64,000 nucleotides of DNA, taken from Eledone cirrhosa (lineage: Eukaryota). Position numbers and translations under genes: made by a program. The DNA is taken from positions 127,348,001-127,412,000 of the forward strand of contig OZ024741.1 in assembly GCA_964016885.1 (NCBI GenBank), given 5' to 3'. Positions 27,098-39,753 of the stretch are shown here, piece after piece. Within the stretch, counting starts at the first letter, position 1. Each line of letters opens with the position of its first letter. The notes beneath the pieces are model-generated. The model did not search any database, was not told the origin of the DNA, and worked only from the letters and a program-made list of their open reading frames with translations.

Positions 27098-27947
27098 TTA
27101 ATTATGCTAATTGCTAAATAACAAATATTACCTGTACATCAAATACCATTTGTAAACAATTAACATGTAGTGAAGGTGTGTGGCTTAGTAGTTAGAGAAT
27201 TGGATTTGCAATCGTGAATTTGCGAGTTCGATTCCTGGACTGGGTGATATGTTGGGTCCTTGAGAAAGACACTTTATTTCACAGTGCTCTTTCTTCTAAG
27301 AGTTGCCACCAGCAGATAGTATCAGCAATGGAAAGACCGATGAAAACATTGTTTCTTTGGTCTGATTTGATGAGTTGTACCCCACTCGGTAAGTGAATGA
27401 GGTCTGTGATCTTGTTGAGTGATTCGCTCAATCAATATGTATTTTTAAGCTCAGTAAAGTTTTCTGAAAATGTGTATTCACTCATGAATAATACAACCCC
27501 TCTTTTAGTTCAAAATTTCTCATTATTAGACACTAAAAAATACAGTAGTAAAAATGTAAACCAGATTGAAAATGGATGGTGTAACCCATTCAAGATGAGT
27601 CTGTGTAAGAGAGTGGTGAATTTTGATGCTAGCCTATCCAAAATCTCTGGCTCTTTGTTCTGTGTTTATGTTTGTGGTCCATAAAAAGAACCAGATGAAA
27701 CAAATAACAGACTTGAAAAAATAAGTACTGGGATCTGTATGATCAACTAAATCAAGGTGTTGCTCCAGCATGGCTACAGTCTAATGACTGATGCCAGTTA
27801 AAGAAGGAATCATGATTTTATTTTAGAAATATTTTGCTTAGACATGTTCCAAGCACAAAATTACTTACAAACATTTGAACTGATTAAATAAATAAATGTT
27901 GTATTTTGAAAACATCAGAAGCATAAAATAAAAGAAAATGAAATAGA

Positions 27948-28530
27948 CAGCTCACACCTATGTAGGTATAGCTGGCCTCTTACAAAGCTGTTTCTCATAG
28001 GAGGTTTCTTTGGGTGTTTTAATGATAAGGGCCTCAGACCTATCAACACTTCATATTGTTGCTACAGCTTACACCTTTTGTAGGTTTAGCTGACCTTCTA
28101 CAAGGTTGTATCACATAGGCGGTTTCTCAGGTGTTTTAACCCTTTAGAAATTAAACCAGCCACCTCTTTCTGTGCAAACCAGCCATAACCGGCTGCTCAT
28201 ACTAACATTAAGTTATTGTTCTCAAAATAGATATCAAAATCTCATAGAAAATACAATAGTAAATATAGAGTAATGTAAATGCTAAAGTGTTAATGACAAG
28301 GACCCTAGTCCTATCATCAATACATATTGTTGCTACAGCTCACACCCATGTAGGTTAGCTGGTCTCCTAAAAAGTTGTATCTCATAGGTTTCTTTGAGTG
28401 TTTTAATGTTAGGAGTCCTCGTCCTATCATGAAAAGACAGCTCACTCCTGTGTAGGCTTAGCTCACCTCAAGGTTACATCTTATTGGAGATCTTAGGGCT
28501 GTTTTAATGATAGAGACCCTAATCTTATTG
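27948..28530. repeat. Four tandem units of about 120 bp, with a TTAA MITE (28140-28289) inserted in unit 2
   Basis: Repeated ACAGCTCACACC..TGTAGGT..AGCTG..CTCATAGG..GGTGTTTTAATGATA; dispersed copies at 41980, 45790, 46865 and, inverted, at 38290. Confidence 0.8.
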
Positions 28531-29424
28531 TGAAATGTAAACTGAAATGAAGTATCTTGCTAAAGAACACAAAACACTGTCACATCCAAGAATTGAATCT
28601 ACAACCATATGATCATGAACCTAAACACTAGGCCACATTAACATTATATCTTTATGTACTGTTTGAGATTGTAAACCCCCCCCCCCCTTTTCCGACTGGA
28701 CAGACTTTAACCATGTATTTATCACTTGTCAAACTGAACACATTAGTAAACACTCCACAGTATGTTTATGTTCCCAGATAGCGCCATTCGCTCATGAAAC
28801 CCACCACCACCACCAAATTTCACCCCTGCCAATATGTAAAATGATGATGGTGGTTCTCTCTCAAATTAAGGGTGTAAATGTGTTATCTGATTTTAACTAA
28901 ACTTTTAACCTTCACCGTGTTCATAGGTACAGACTGTATATGGCTGTATGGTTAAGTTCACTTTGCAACTACATGTTAGCAGGTTCAGTTGTACTCTGTG
29001 CCAGGCACCTTTGGCAAATGTGTTCTACTGTAATCTCAAGCTGAATAATGCTTGATGAGTGAAATTTAGTTGACAGAAACTGTGCTAATGCCTGTCATAT
29101 GTATGTATATCCTCTCATATATATATATATGTGTGTGTGTAAATAATTGTTTCTACTTTTGATACAAGGCCAGCAATTACCCCAGTGTATTACTGGTGCT
29201 TTATTTTATCGACCCGTCAGGATGAAAGGCAAAGTTAACCTCGGCGGGATTTGAACTCAGAACGTAAAGGGTCATAACTATGCGTTCTGAGTATGTAAAT
29301 AATATAGATGATTCAGTGAATTACTGGTGGCAGTACCAATATGAGCACTTTATCTTCAGACAGAATGTATATATTTAGTTTGATAATAAATCAATAAAAA
29401 CATCAAAACTTATATATATATATA

Positions 29425-31069
29425 CAGTGGCGTAGCTAGGGTGTGGCAAGCAGGGCACATGCCACGGGCGCCATATTTAGGGGGGCATAATTTCGACCTA
29501 GATCGATTTACATCCATGTCGTTTTTATCATTTTAAAGCCAAAAATGAAGTATGTGATTTCTTGATAGCCGACTTCCACGCCATGTCTAGTGCGCTAGAC
29601 AGAGCAGATGTCTGATTTGATTTCACAAACCACACCCACCCCCCCACCCCCGCTTCACACTGACAGCAGGGTGGGTTGCAATTATGTGGGCACTATTTTT
29701 AGCTATACATTGCAAAACAGCGGATACCTCACTTGACCCCCCCCCCCCCACACACACACACACACACTGACTGAAGGGACGTAGTTTTGGACGTGCAACT
29801 GGTGGACACGCATGCACTATTTTTAGCAATGCATTGCAATGACCAATACAAGAAAATTATGAAGCTGGTTTACAAAACAGTAGTTTGTCTTTTACAACTG
29901 GTACATAAGACGTATAGAAAAGGTATCATAATCCAAATGGCCAGATAGGATCGGATAGCTTCTATTAGGATTCAATTTGACTCCAGTTTAGATGGTTCAA
30001 TGTTTTCTTCTATAATACAGTTCGTCAGAATTTACTAAACCGTATCCAAAAAGCAAGATACTATGGTCTGCTGATTGATTCGACCCCTGACCAGGCGCAC
30101 CTAGAACAACTGTCAAAAGTTGTGCGATATGTCGATGTTGATTTCAATATGAAGACGGTCGTTGCCGCAAGCCTTGTTGAAACAATCGTGAAAGACCTAG
30201 AAAAAGATGACCTACCACTGCAGAACTGTCAATCGCAGTGCTACGACAATGCTGCCATAATGGCTGGGCACTGCAGTGGGGTTCAGCAGAGAATGAGAGA
30301 GAAGAAGAATTTGATTCACTTCGTTAATTGCGATAACCATTCACTTAATCTGGCTGGTCTTCATGCAGCCAAAAACGATTCTGCTATGATGAACTTTTTC
30401 AGTTGCATTGACTCGTTATACAACTTTTTTTCTCGTTCAACACGACGATGAGAAGCCCTTAAAGAAGTTGCTCCAGTGATTGTTAAATATCCTTCCGACA
30501 CGCGGTGGAGTGCTAGATGTACCGCAGTCAGACCGGTGGCGAATTATTTGACACTGATTGTTCAAGTTCTCAAAAAAATTAGTGATGATGAAACAGAGAC
30601 ATGTGAGAGTAGAAGTGATGCCAGTAATCTCCATAATCGGATACTGAGTTATGAATTCCTGAACTTGATTGGATTCTGGAACACAATTCTCTCACGAATT
30701 GACCGGGTTCAAAAGAGACTTCAAGATCCAAGAATTAATTTTCACGATGCTGCAACTGATATAGGAGCCCTTCAACTTTATTTTAAAGAAGGAACATCCT
30801 TAATCCACGAGTCTCTTGAAATGGGCTTCAACCTCTGCCAGAAATGGAATGTCGATTTTCCGAGGAGGTGAGGAAGACGACAAACCAATACTGAAATTAC
30901 TGAGGACGTCGAGGTGGCTGCCAGAAAAGAGATAGAGAGAGCAGTGCAAAGTTCACTCAATCGTCTTCAAACAGAAATGGAAGAACGGTTTATTCGACTT
31001 AAGGAAACCGACTCAAGTTTTGGCTTTTGATGCTTGCCCTGGGCGCCGTTTACCCTAGCTACGCCACTG
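29425..31069 (+). mobile_element. Internally deleted hAT transposon (ZMYM1/Tip100-like transposase pseudogene)
   Basis: 18-bp perfect TIR CAGTGGCGTAGCTAGGGT / ACCCTAGCTACGCCACTG within (TA)n; motifs YYGLLIDSTPD, QCYDNAAIMAG, NCDNHSLNL and SDTRWSAR with in-frame stops near 30450 and 30870. Confidence 0.95.
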
Positions 31070-31380
31070 TATATATATATGTCCTGTCATATCATCACCA
31101 TTCAACATCTATTTTTTCCCCCAATTGCATGGATATGTATATATCACATATGCACACAATGCAGACATATCTTAAGACACAAATTATATGAATTACATGA
31201 TATTTTCTATAGGGGCTACTTTCAGCAAACAAACCTTACTTTAGATAAGTAAACTATGCAGCATTTGACCCAGTTCTATCAAAGATGACGTATTAACCTT
31301 TTCGTAACCATGACATTTCTAATGAAATACACACTATTTCAATTAATTGAAAAATTTTGAGGAATTTCCCAACATTATTA

Positions 31381-32291
31381 ATCATCATCATCATCGTTTA
31401 ACGTCCATCTTCCATGCTTGCATGGGTTTGGACGGGAGTTTTCCCACCTGAAGCAAGATTGGTTGTCCTGCTCGTATAGGACTGTCTGGCGGGTTTTCTA
31501 CGGCTGGATGCCCTTCCCAACACCAACCACGTTTACAGTGTGTACTGGGAGGTTTTTACCGTGTTACCTACACGGCCACATTACAGCGTGGACTGTGGTT
31601 TTTTTTTTTTGGGGGGGGGGGTTGTCGTGACACCTACACGACCTCATTTGTTTCGGACTGGATGTTGTGGTACCAACATAACTTCACATTTAAGGGGGTG
31701 GTGTGGATCGGGTGGGAGTAGTGGGACGGGGGTGTATTTCGTTAGAGGTGCCTACTGACTGTAGGTTTCGCTTTGTACTTAGGCAAGGCGGGTCTTCTGT
31801 ATAACTGTGTAGCTAGGTACTTCTCCTGTTGTTGTCGTACAATGAAAAGAGCGTCTGTTGTACTTTTGCCTGACACAAACCCGAACTGCATTTCGTCTAG
31901 ATCAATTCGCTCTCTGATTAGTTGGGCTATTACTTTTTCTGTGACCTTCATGACCTAGTCAATTAATTTAATGCCTCTATAGTTTCCCCTATCTAGGGCA
32001 TCACCTTTACCCTTGTAGCAGTTAATGATGATGCTGCTGCACCAGTCCTTCGGAACGACCCCATTCTGTATGACTTGGTTTACTATCCGGGTGACCATAG
32101 TGTGTCCCACCGTTCCAGATGCTTTCAGCATTTTGGCAACTATTTCCGAAGGCCCGGGCGCCTTGCCCGTCTTCATGTCTTTGATCGCCTTACTTATTAT
32201 ACTACCTTCAACTTGCACTGCTGGTCCCTCTATTGGGTCGATGTGGGGGAGACTGTCTTTCTCCCAATTATTCTCCTCATTTATTTCATTA
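31381..32291 (-). mobile_element. RTE copy with an internal deletion, cut off by a Helitron
   Basis: 3' UTR and tail (31381-31807) joined directly to N-terminal RT sequence (NYRGIKL, QFGFVSGKSTTDA) at about 31808. Confidence 0.9.
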
Positions 32292-33612
32292 TCTACTTAT
32301 ATATATAACCAGCAATTTCTCTGTCTGTCTGTCCGACAGTGGAAACATGTGCGTAGAGAGAGAGTGAGAGTGAAAGAAAGAGACAGACTACGAGAAGGGG
32401 AGAGAGAGAGAGAGTGAATAGACGCTAAAACACGTGCTACAGAAACATTACCTTCCCCTCTCCACTGACTTTGGTCACTGAGGCCGAGGGAATCGCGCTG
32501 AGCGCGTCATAATGACGTAATGCAGACAGCCAGACATACAGACAGATATTATAAGGGCGCAACGTTATATCTATGTATCTATCTAAAAAGAGAAAGACTA
32601 AGAATTATATAGAGAGAACGTTAAATCGCCTAATGCGGTCCCTAGGGCATTGAAAATTTGAAATAATTTTTGCTCAAAACACTCACAGGACCATAAGTAT
32701 TACATGTCTAAAGTTTGAAAACAATCGGTTGGATGGTTCTCAAGTTTTAGTGAGCTGACAGACAGACAGACATTCTCTGTTTTAGATATATAGACTAGCA
32801 GAAAGCTGCCCCCGGGTGGTTTTCTGAGAACCACCCAACCGATTGTTGACAAACTTTGCACATGTAATACTTATGGTCAATACAAATTTTCAATGCCCTA
32901 GGGACCCCATTAGGCGATTTAGCGATCTCTCTCTTAGTTTTTCTCTTTTTAGATAGATACATAGATATAACGTTGCGCCCTTATAATATCTGTCTGTATG
33001 CCTGGCTGTCTGCATTACGACATTATGACGTAGCTGTGTGTGTATATATGTATGTATATATATAGTGTGTAACGTTTTTCGAAATATTTACTTCTGCGTT
33101 CACAGATTGATTTTTTATTTTTTTATTTTAGTTTCAGAAGATCCCGTTAAGGGTGAAAGCAGCGATTCTTCGCTTAAACTTTAATCTGTTATTTTAATAT
33201 ATATATATAATTATATATTCGTGTACAGATATTTTTGCATACACAGTAACAAAATATAAACAAACGTATTTATTTCACATGGCTCGATAAAGATAAATAT
33301 ATATCAAATATATAAGAACCCTAGAGCAAATCCCGAGCAACGCCGAGCCATTGTTATTCGTGTACAGATATTTTTGCATACACAATAACAAAATATAAAC
33401 AAACGTATTTATTTCACAAGGATCGATAAGGATAAATATATATCATTTTTGATACACTATCGCAAAATAAATACTTTTGTTTATATTTTGTTATTAAGTA
33501 TTGATTTTCTTCGCACGGAAAAAAACCCTGGTAATCTTTGACGAATTTTTTTTATAAGCACAAAAGGTAGACACCATGCCGAGGCCGAGGTATTCTGTAC
33601 TTCTCTGTACTG

Positions 33613-33654
<42 letters not shown>

Positions 33655-34136
33655 TCATCATCATCATCAACGTTTAACGTCCGTGTTCCACGCTTGCATG
33701 GGTTTGGACGGGGGTATTCCCACTTGAGGCAAGAGTGGTTGTCTTGCTCGCATAGGACTGTCTGGCAGGTTTTCTACAGTTGGATGCCCTTCCTAACACC
33801 AACCACATTTACAGTGTGGGACTGGGAGGTTTTTACCGTGTTGCCTACACGGCCACATTACAGCGTGGACTGTGTGTTTTTTTGTCGTGACACCTACACG
33901 ATCTCATTTGTTTCGGCCTGGATGTTGTGGTACCAACATAACTTTACATAGGAGTGAGGGGGGGGGGGGGTGTATATATATATATAATTATATATTCGTG
34001 TACAGATATTTTTGCATACACAATAACAAAATATAAACAAACGTATTTATTTCACGAGGCTCGATAAGGATAAATATATATCAAATATATAAGAACCCTA
34101 GAGCAAATCCCGAGCAACGCCAGGCCATTCTGCTAG
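32292..34136 (+). mobile_element. Composite non-autonomous Helitron
   Basis: A|TCTAC...(CTGT)n start and CCCGAGCAACGCCAGG...CTAG|T end; duplicated subterminal blocks near 33200-33350, 33355-33445 and 33975-34136; internal inverted arms; nested RTE tail at 33652-33950. Confidence 0.8.
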
Positions 34137-34519
34137 TTAACATAGTATTTGTAACATAACTGGTTATTATATCTATATTGAAGGTGGTGAATTAGCAGTA
34201 TCAGAAGAGTGTCGGACATTATGCTTTGTGTCATATAGTTATGTCCTTTTATGTTCTGAGTTCAAATCTCACCAAGGTTAGCTTTGCCTTTCATCTTTAT
34301 GGGATTGATAACGTAAAGTACCAATAATGCACTGGGGTCACTTTAATCGACTTTTTCCTCCTCCCCAAAATTGTTGGCTTTGTGTCTAAGTCAGAAACCA
34401 TTAAGTTAGTATTTGTAACATACATAACTTTATGATTATTATGTATATTTTGAAAATAGGAACCCTTTAAAATTGATTTTGTTTCATAGAACCAGAGCCA
34501 GTTTTGGCTGTTATTTAAG

Positions 34520-34795
34520 TTAAAGTCTGTTCTAAGCCGAAGGCTCATCAGGCCAGTGCTTATCCCCAGTTTCCTTAGCATTAAGCAACTGAGAGTACAA
34601 GACTTTCCCTATTGTAATCTATCACAGGATTAATTCCCCAGCTACTGCTGGCACTCAGTCTTAGGTGAATGTACTAGAGTAATGTGAAATAAATCTTTTT
34701 TGTTCAAGAACACAACGCAGCACCCTGTCCAGGAATCAAACCAACAACATTATGATCATAAAAGTCCAACATCCTAACCATTAGGTCATGCACCT
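34520..34795 (-). mobile_element. tRNA/CORE-type SINE with V-domain-like tail (variant d)
   Basis: Minus-strand head and core followed by CCTGTGATAGATT...GATAAGCACTGGCCTGATGAGCC; the related copy at 47065-47277 has CCTGCAATGGATTGGCATCCAGACCAGGGG. Confidence 0.6.
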
Positions 34796-34989
34796 GGGTT
34801 GGTATCAAAAGGTTTAATGCTGTGGAATAGATGCTGTTCTTTCTTACTAATTAGCTAGCTGGCCTGATTGGAGAACTGAAGAGAAATTAGGACAATAAGT
34901 CAAGTCTCTCAACCTACTCATGCTTATGGAAATAAATCTATTCCATATGCCACCACCATAAGTGAAACTTAAGGTTCAGTCTGCCTCAT

Positions 34990-35370
34990 GATCCTGACCG
35001 ACAAGATAGAGAAGAAAGACATTGCCCTGGAGGATGGTGAGCAAGATGCACTGGAACAGTCACTCCACCTTGTGGAGCTTGAACTTGCGAGTAGCCAACT
35101 CCACTCTGATTGCAGTGAACAGGATTGTGGAGCTTGAACTTGCGAGTAGCCAACTCCACTCTGATTGCAGTGAACAGGATTGTGGTCTGGGAGCCAAGAA
35201 TGCTGGAAATCTCCACTGCCATAGGCTCAACCACAAACCTATCAGACAGCAGCTGATACTTTGATTGTTTACCTTCTTCAGCCTTGTAGACAAATGCACC
35301 AAGTTGCCACAAGATGTGGCATCCCAGATGAGAGGCCTGCTCCTGCAAAACAGGAAGATTGTCATGTCGT
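34990..35370 (-). pseudogene. CRE-like non-LTR retrotransposon 3' fragment (restriction-like endonuclease region)
   Basis: Across frames: RPLIWDAT, AEEGKQSKYQLL, EPMAVEISSILG and LTILQGN; 55-bp tandem duplication at 35071-35185; second fragment at 19020-19155. Confidence 0.65.
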
Positions 35371-36600
35371 CTAAGTTAATATTATGTAATGATTTAGCAG
35401 AATATATCTAAAAATGAGGTTTGTTAAATTAAATATTTATAGTATATTTACTAGTGGACAGGTTGTTGTGAAAATTTGTAGTATTATAGTAAAGACATTA
35501 ATTTTAATAGGATAAAGTCATAATGCTGTTTTGTACTTTACCTTTCAAAAATGTCCTGCTTCTGTGGTACAGACATTAAGAGTTAAGTTCTTTTTTGTTC
35601 CATATTTTTTATGGGTTTAACTCATCAAATGCACAACTATGTTCTAAAGCAGGCGTCTTAAACATGCAGCTCACAAACTATGTTTCTATAGTCCACAAAA
35701 GAATTGGGAATTTGTCCTTCATGTATGTATGCATGTAGGAGTGTATATCTGTGTAATTGAGTTTTTTACAAAAATTTGAAATGGGAAATTTGTCTCCTAA
35801 TATTTTGTACTAATTCACATATCCCACTTATGCATATTCATTTTGATGGGAAAAAAATTAATTAATAGCTGTGTACCTGCCATATTGCAAATTAGTATTA
35901 TAACTGATGGAAGTCACATTCCCCCCACCACATCACCACCTTACTTTAGGCCTTACGTTTGTATCCTTGAATTTGAGACCCCTGCTATAAAGCTCCACTT
36001 CGAATTTCTGCAGTCAATCGTATCATCCCTCCTGTTCCCCATCTCTAACACTTTGGTATTTATTTTATCAACCTTCCTCCACAATGAAAGACATTGCTTA
36101 TGATTCTTTAATAATTTCGTCTTGCCTTGTATTTGTTATATTTATATCCCAAATGTCTTCTTTTTTTTAGTACCCATTGTGTACTGGGTACATTTTTACA
36201 TGGTGACAGCACTAAAGAGATTATTTATGTACATTATACATTGTCATGTATTGACGTCCACTTTTCTCCATTTCTATGGGCTTATATAAGTTAACATACA
36301 TTCAAAATTTGCTCTACACTTCCAAAAGTATGATTATTTGTATCTTCTCAGCACTTTATAGAAGTCCGAGAGATTGGCTATGTATACACGATGTTTGTTG
36401 ACATCTGAAAGCTGTGATTCAGCTATTTTATTTAAGGTGGTAAGAGTTGTCATGGTCCCTTGGCTTAAAAGTGCCTAGCCAGTATCTGGCAACTTCTTTT
36501 TCTGACTTTAAAAGGTCTTCACCCTATTTTATAGCATCATTATATATATATATATATATTATATTCATACATAATAATGTATTTTTCATTGTCTTTGCAG

Positions 36601-36699
36601 ATTCATTACTGGAAAAGGGGCACCTAATTATGTCTCCCTTGTACAGGGAGCCTAATGGAGATGATAGAACTGTTGTTAGCCATTGTTTCACTAGCAAGT
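36601..36699 (+). CDS. GARRE1: Candidate upstream exon of the GARRE1-like gene
   Basis: Acceptor TTGTCTTTGCAG ending at 36600 and donor GTATGC at 36700; 99 nt, phase 1 to phase 1, in frame with the next exon; ATG at 36630. No homology support. Confidence 0.45.
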
Positions 36700-37211
36700 G
36701 TATGCCAACTCCAACTCCATCCAAGACAATCCAAGAACCAGCAGCAATATCGCAACTACCACTACCACGTGCAGTTGTCGACACAACAGTACAAATGGCT
36801 TGCACTGAAGCAGCAGCAGCCGCTGTCCATGCTGCACTCTAGTTTGCACACACACACTGCACCATCATCCATCACACGACAGCAACCATGCTTGCCAATA
36901 GATGCATCTTAGCACTGCAATGATATATAGCTATTTCCACTGTTTAGATTTCCTTGTGGTCCTTTTATTTCCATAGTGTGCCTTTTATTCCATCACCCAC
37001 CCCAAATAAATATATAAATATACACACACACATACACGCTCACACACATCTATATACTTACATATATATAATCTCCATCCATCCATTCACTTCCAAAGCT
37101 TCCTTTCCTCACATTTTTTTCACATATGTACCTGTATAGAATGGTATACGCTTGATACTTTTAGTTTGGTAAGTCGGTCTTAAGTGTACACGTGTGTGTC
37201 TGTGTCTGTGC

Positions 37212-37252
<41 letters not shown>

Positions 37253-37273
37253 TATGTGTATGTATGTTATCAG

Positions 37274-37836
37274 CAACAGAAGATATGGCAAACTTACATG
37301 ATCATCATCAGCGTTTATCCTTTCCCCCTGAATCTAAGATCCCTGCTGATATCACCGGTACTCTACATATGGGCTCCATTGCTGCTGTAGTGAGAACAAC
37401 TGCTACCACGTGTACAACCAGTACACACAACACAACTGCTGCTATTACCACTACTACAACTGCTGCTGCTGCTGCTGCTGCTACATGTTCTGTGACCAGT
37501 GGCAACCAACAACATCCAAAAAATCCTTCTAATTTTCCCGTCGACCACAACTTTTATTCAGAACCACAAAACTGCTGGGACAGTATTGAAAGGTTCAAAG
37601 AAATGCAGACAAATTTCAATGAGGCTGGTACCTGTTTGGTCGATGCATTTGCCAATTCCCTCAAGAACACCCCTTACGAACGCTTTAGCCATGACTGTAG
37701 CATGGTTCTTGGAGGCATCTTTGGCAGTAATCCTCTTCTTTTAACTCAAATTAACGAACTGGAAAACCTGCTGAGCAGTTTGTTAACCAACGTCAATGTT
37801 TTAAATAAAGAAGACTACCAGAAATCTCAAACACAG
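37274..37836 (+). CDS. GARRE1: GARRE1/KIAA0355-like exon, start of the N-terminal helical (DUF4745-like) domain
   Basis: Acceptor TTATCAG, ATG at 37285, donor CAG|GTATCA (phase 0); SIERFKEMQTNFNEAGTCLVDAFANSLKNTPY resembles human GISKYLDALNVFCRASTFLTDLFSTVFRNSHY as recalled from memory. Confidence 0.85.
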
Positions 37837-38470
37837 GTATCATTATCATTTTACATTTGTTTTTAATGCTGACATGAATAGATTTTTAACAAGTTTGTTT
37901 TGGTGTAGTTGTTGCAGTTGTTGCCTTCTTTTAAATATTAAAAAGATGTCAACTATTAGCAGTTACAAAGACAACTATGGTAGATTACACATTTTAATAT
38001 GCTCATATGTGACACCATACACAGACACACACATGAGTTGTCAGGGTCTTTGTTTAGACTGGAAACCACATCTTTCCCACACTTTTTCCATTTTTGGTAT
38101 GGTTTCTATGGTTAGATGCTTTTACTAATGCCAGCCACTTTACAAAGCTAAACCTACATTGGTGTAAGCTGCTTTTCATGATAGGGTTGGAATCCCCTAT
38201 CGAGCAGCTGGTTATGGCCGGTTTGAACAGGAGGTGAGAGAATTCTGGCCAGATATTACCGGTTTAAATGCTAAAGGGTTAAAACAACTAAGAAACCACC
38301 TTTAATTATCTCATAGGAGGACAGATGAATCTGGATAAGTATGAGCTGTAACAATAGTGGAACGATAAGATTGGGACCCCTAAAACACCTAAGAAACTTC
38401 TTATGAGATGCAATCTCGTAGGAGGCCAGCTAAACCTGCAAAGGACTAAGCTATAATAACATACATATAT

Positions 38471-38810
38471 GGAGGCACATGGCTTAGTGGTTAGAGCAAT
38501 GGCCTTGCAATCGAAAGATTGTGAGTTCAATTCTCAGACCGGGTGATGTGTTGTTTCCTTGAGCAAGACACTTTATTTCACATTGCTCCAGTTTACTCAG
38601 CTGTAAAAATGAGATGATAGGGACTGGGGTCCCTATCATTCCACTGCAAAGTGGTCGTGTAGGTGCCACGGCAAAAAAGCACCCAGCACTCACTGTAAAT
38701 GAGGTTGGTGTTAGGAAGGGCATCCAGCTGTAGAAATCAAGCCAGAATCAGTTCCCGTCCCACCCTTGCAAGCAGGGAAAAGCGGACGTAAAATGAAATG
38801 ATGATGATGA
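38471..38810 (+). mobile_element. Complete tRNA-CORE SINE with RTE-derived tail (variant a)
   Basis: A and B boxes; CORE-like CCTTGAGCAAGACACTT..CAGTTTACTCAGCTGTAAAAATG; 11-bp hairpin at 38614-38639; tail nearly identical to the RTE 3' UTR at 9300-9390; (ATG)n end. Confidence 0.9.
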
Positions 38811-38906
38811 ATGATATATGTAAGCTGTAAAATTAATTTCATTTTTTTCTTTCTATATATAGTATGTCATAATGCTATTGAATTTCATTTTTGTTTCTAT
38901 TTTCAG

Positions 38907-39753
38907 ACAATGGCAAAATGTGTTGTCCTCTTTCTGAAGATTCAATATGATTATCATAGACATTGCTCGGAAGCTCTTGCATCTTTTCTTCAAAGAGTTA
39001 CCCAACAAACAAATGCCGACATACTTTCATTACTACTTGCTGTCAATATGACATCAGTGAGGTTTCCTCAGAGTGCTACTAGCACTGTACCGATGTATTT
39101 ATCTCAGATGAAAAATGCTGCTACCACCACCTCCACTACGGACATGTCAATAGCTGCTCTTCCTCCTCATCTGCAAGGTCTGGGAAACCTTGCAAATCTG
39201 CAGAATTCTGGTTCAGTAATGAAGGGCCATGAAGTGCTGGAAGCTGTACAGCAGCACCAGCAGCACCCTTCATCTTGTACAGCAGCTCTGCCTTATCCTG
39301 CTTGTCCAATATTATCTCCATACCCACTGTCATCATCATCATCACCTTCATCATCATCTTCTGTGTTCACCACCCCTCCACTCTCATCTTCCACAGAGAT
39401 GCCGTTCTCCCTCTTTACCAAAACAAACAATTTGTACACTCCTCCTCCCATTGGTGCGGCTGCTGGCCAGTCCACACAGATTTGTAGTAATATCAGTAAT
39501 AGTAGTAGTAGTAGTAGCAACAGTAGTAGTAGCAGCAGTAGTAGTAATAATAATAATAATAATAATAACCCTATATTGACTGTTGTTGTCAACCCAACTG
39601 CTGCTACTCAGACTATCACAACAGCTGCTGCTATTGCAACACAGTGTCCAGATCCAGGGGCTACTTGGCCAAAACTTAGTGCCAAGCCAGCCATCAGAGC
39701 CATAGGAAAGAATGAAAAGGGTGTAACTGTTTACACAAAGTCTTCTGCAAAAT
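38907..39753 (+). CDS. GARRE1: GARRE1-like exon (end of helical domain plus low-complexity linker)
   Basis: TTTTCAG|ACA (phase 0) to AAAT|GTGAGT (phase 1); 847 nt open; TMAKCVVLFLKIQYDY resembles human VLGRCFLTVVQVHFQF. Confidence 0.88.

Noticed and set aside
38471-38545. tRNA-like sequence with A and B boxes (many copies)
   Set aside because: No complete cloverleaf; always continues into a SINE body, so not called a tRNA gene.
39293-39592. Minus-strand poly-Leu ORF resembling a signal peptide
   Set aside because: Antisense of the AGT/AAT repeats in the GARRE1-like exon.
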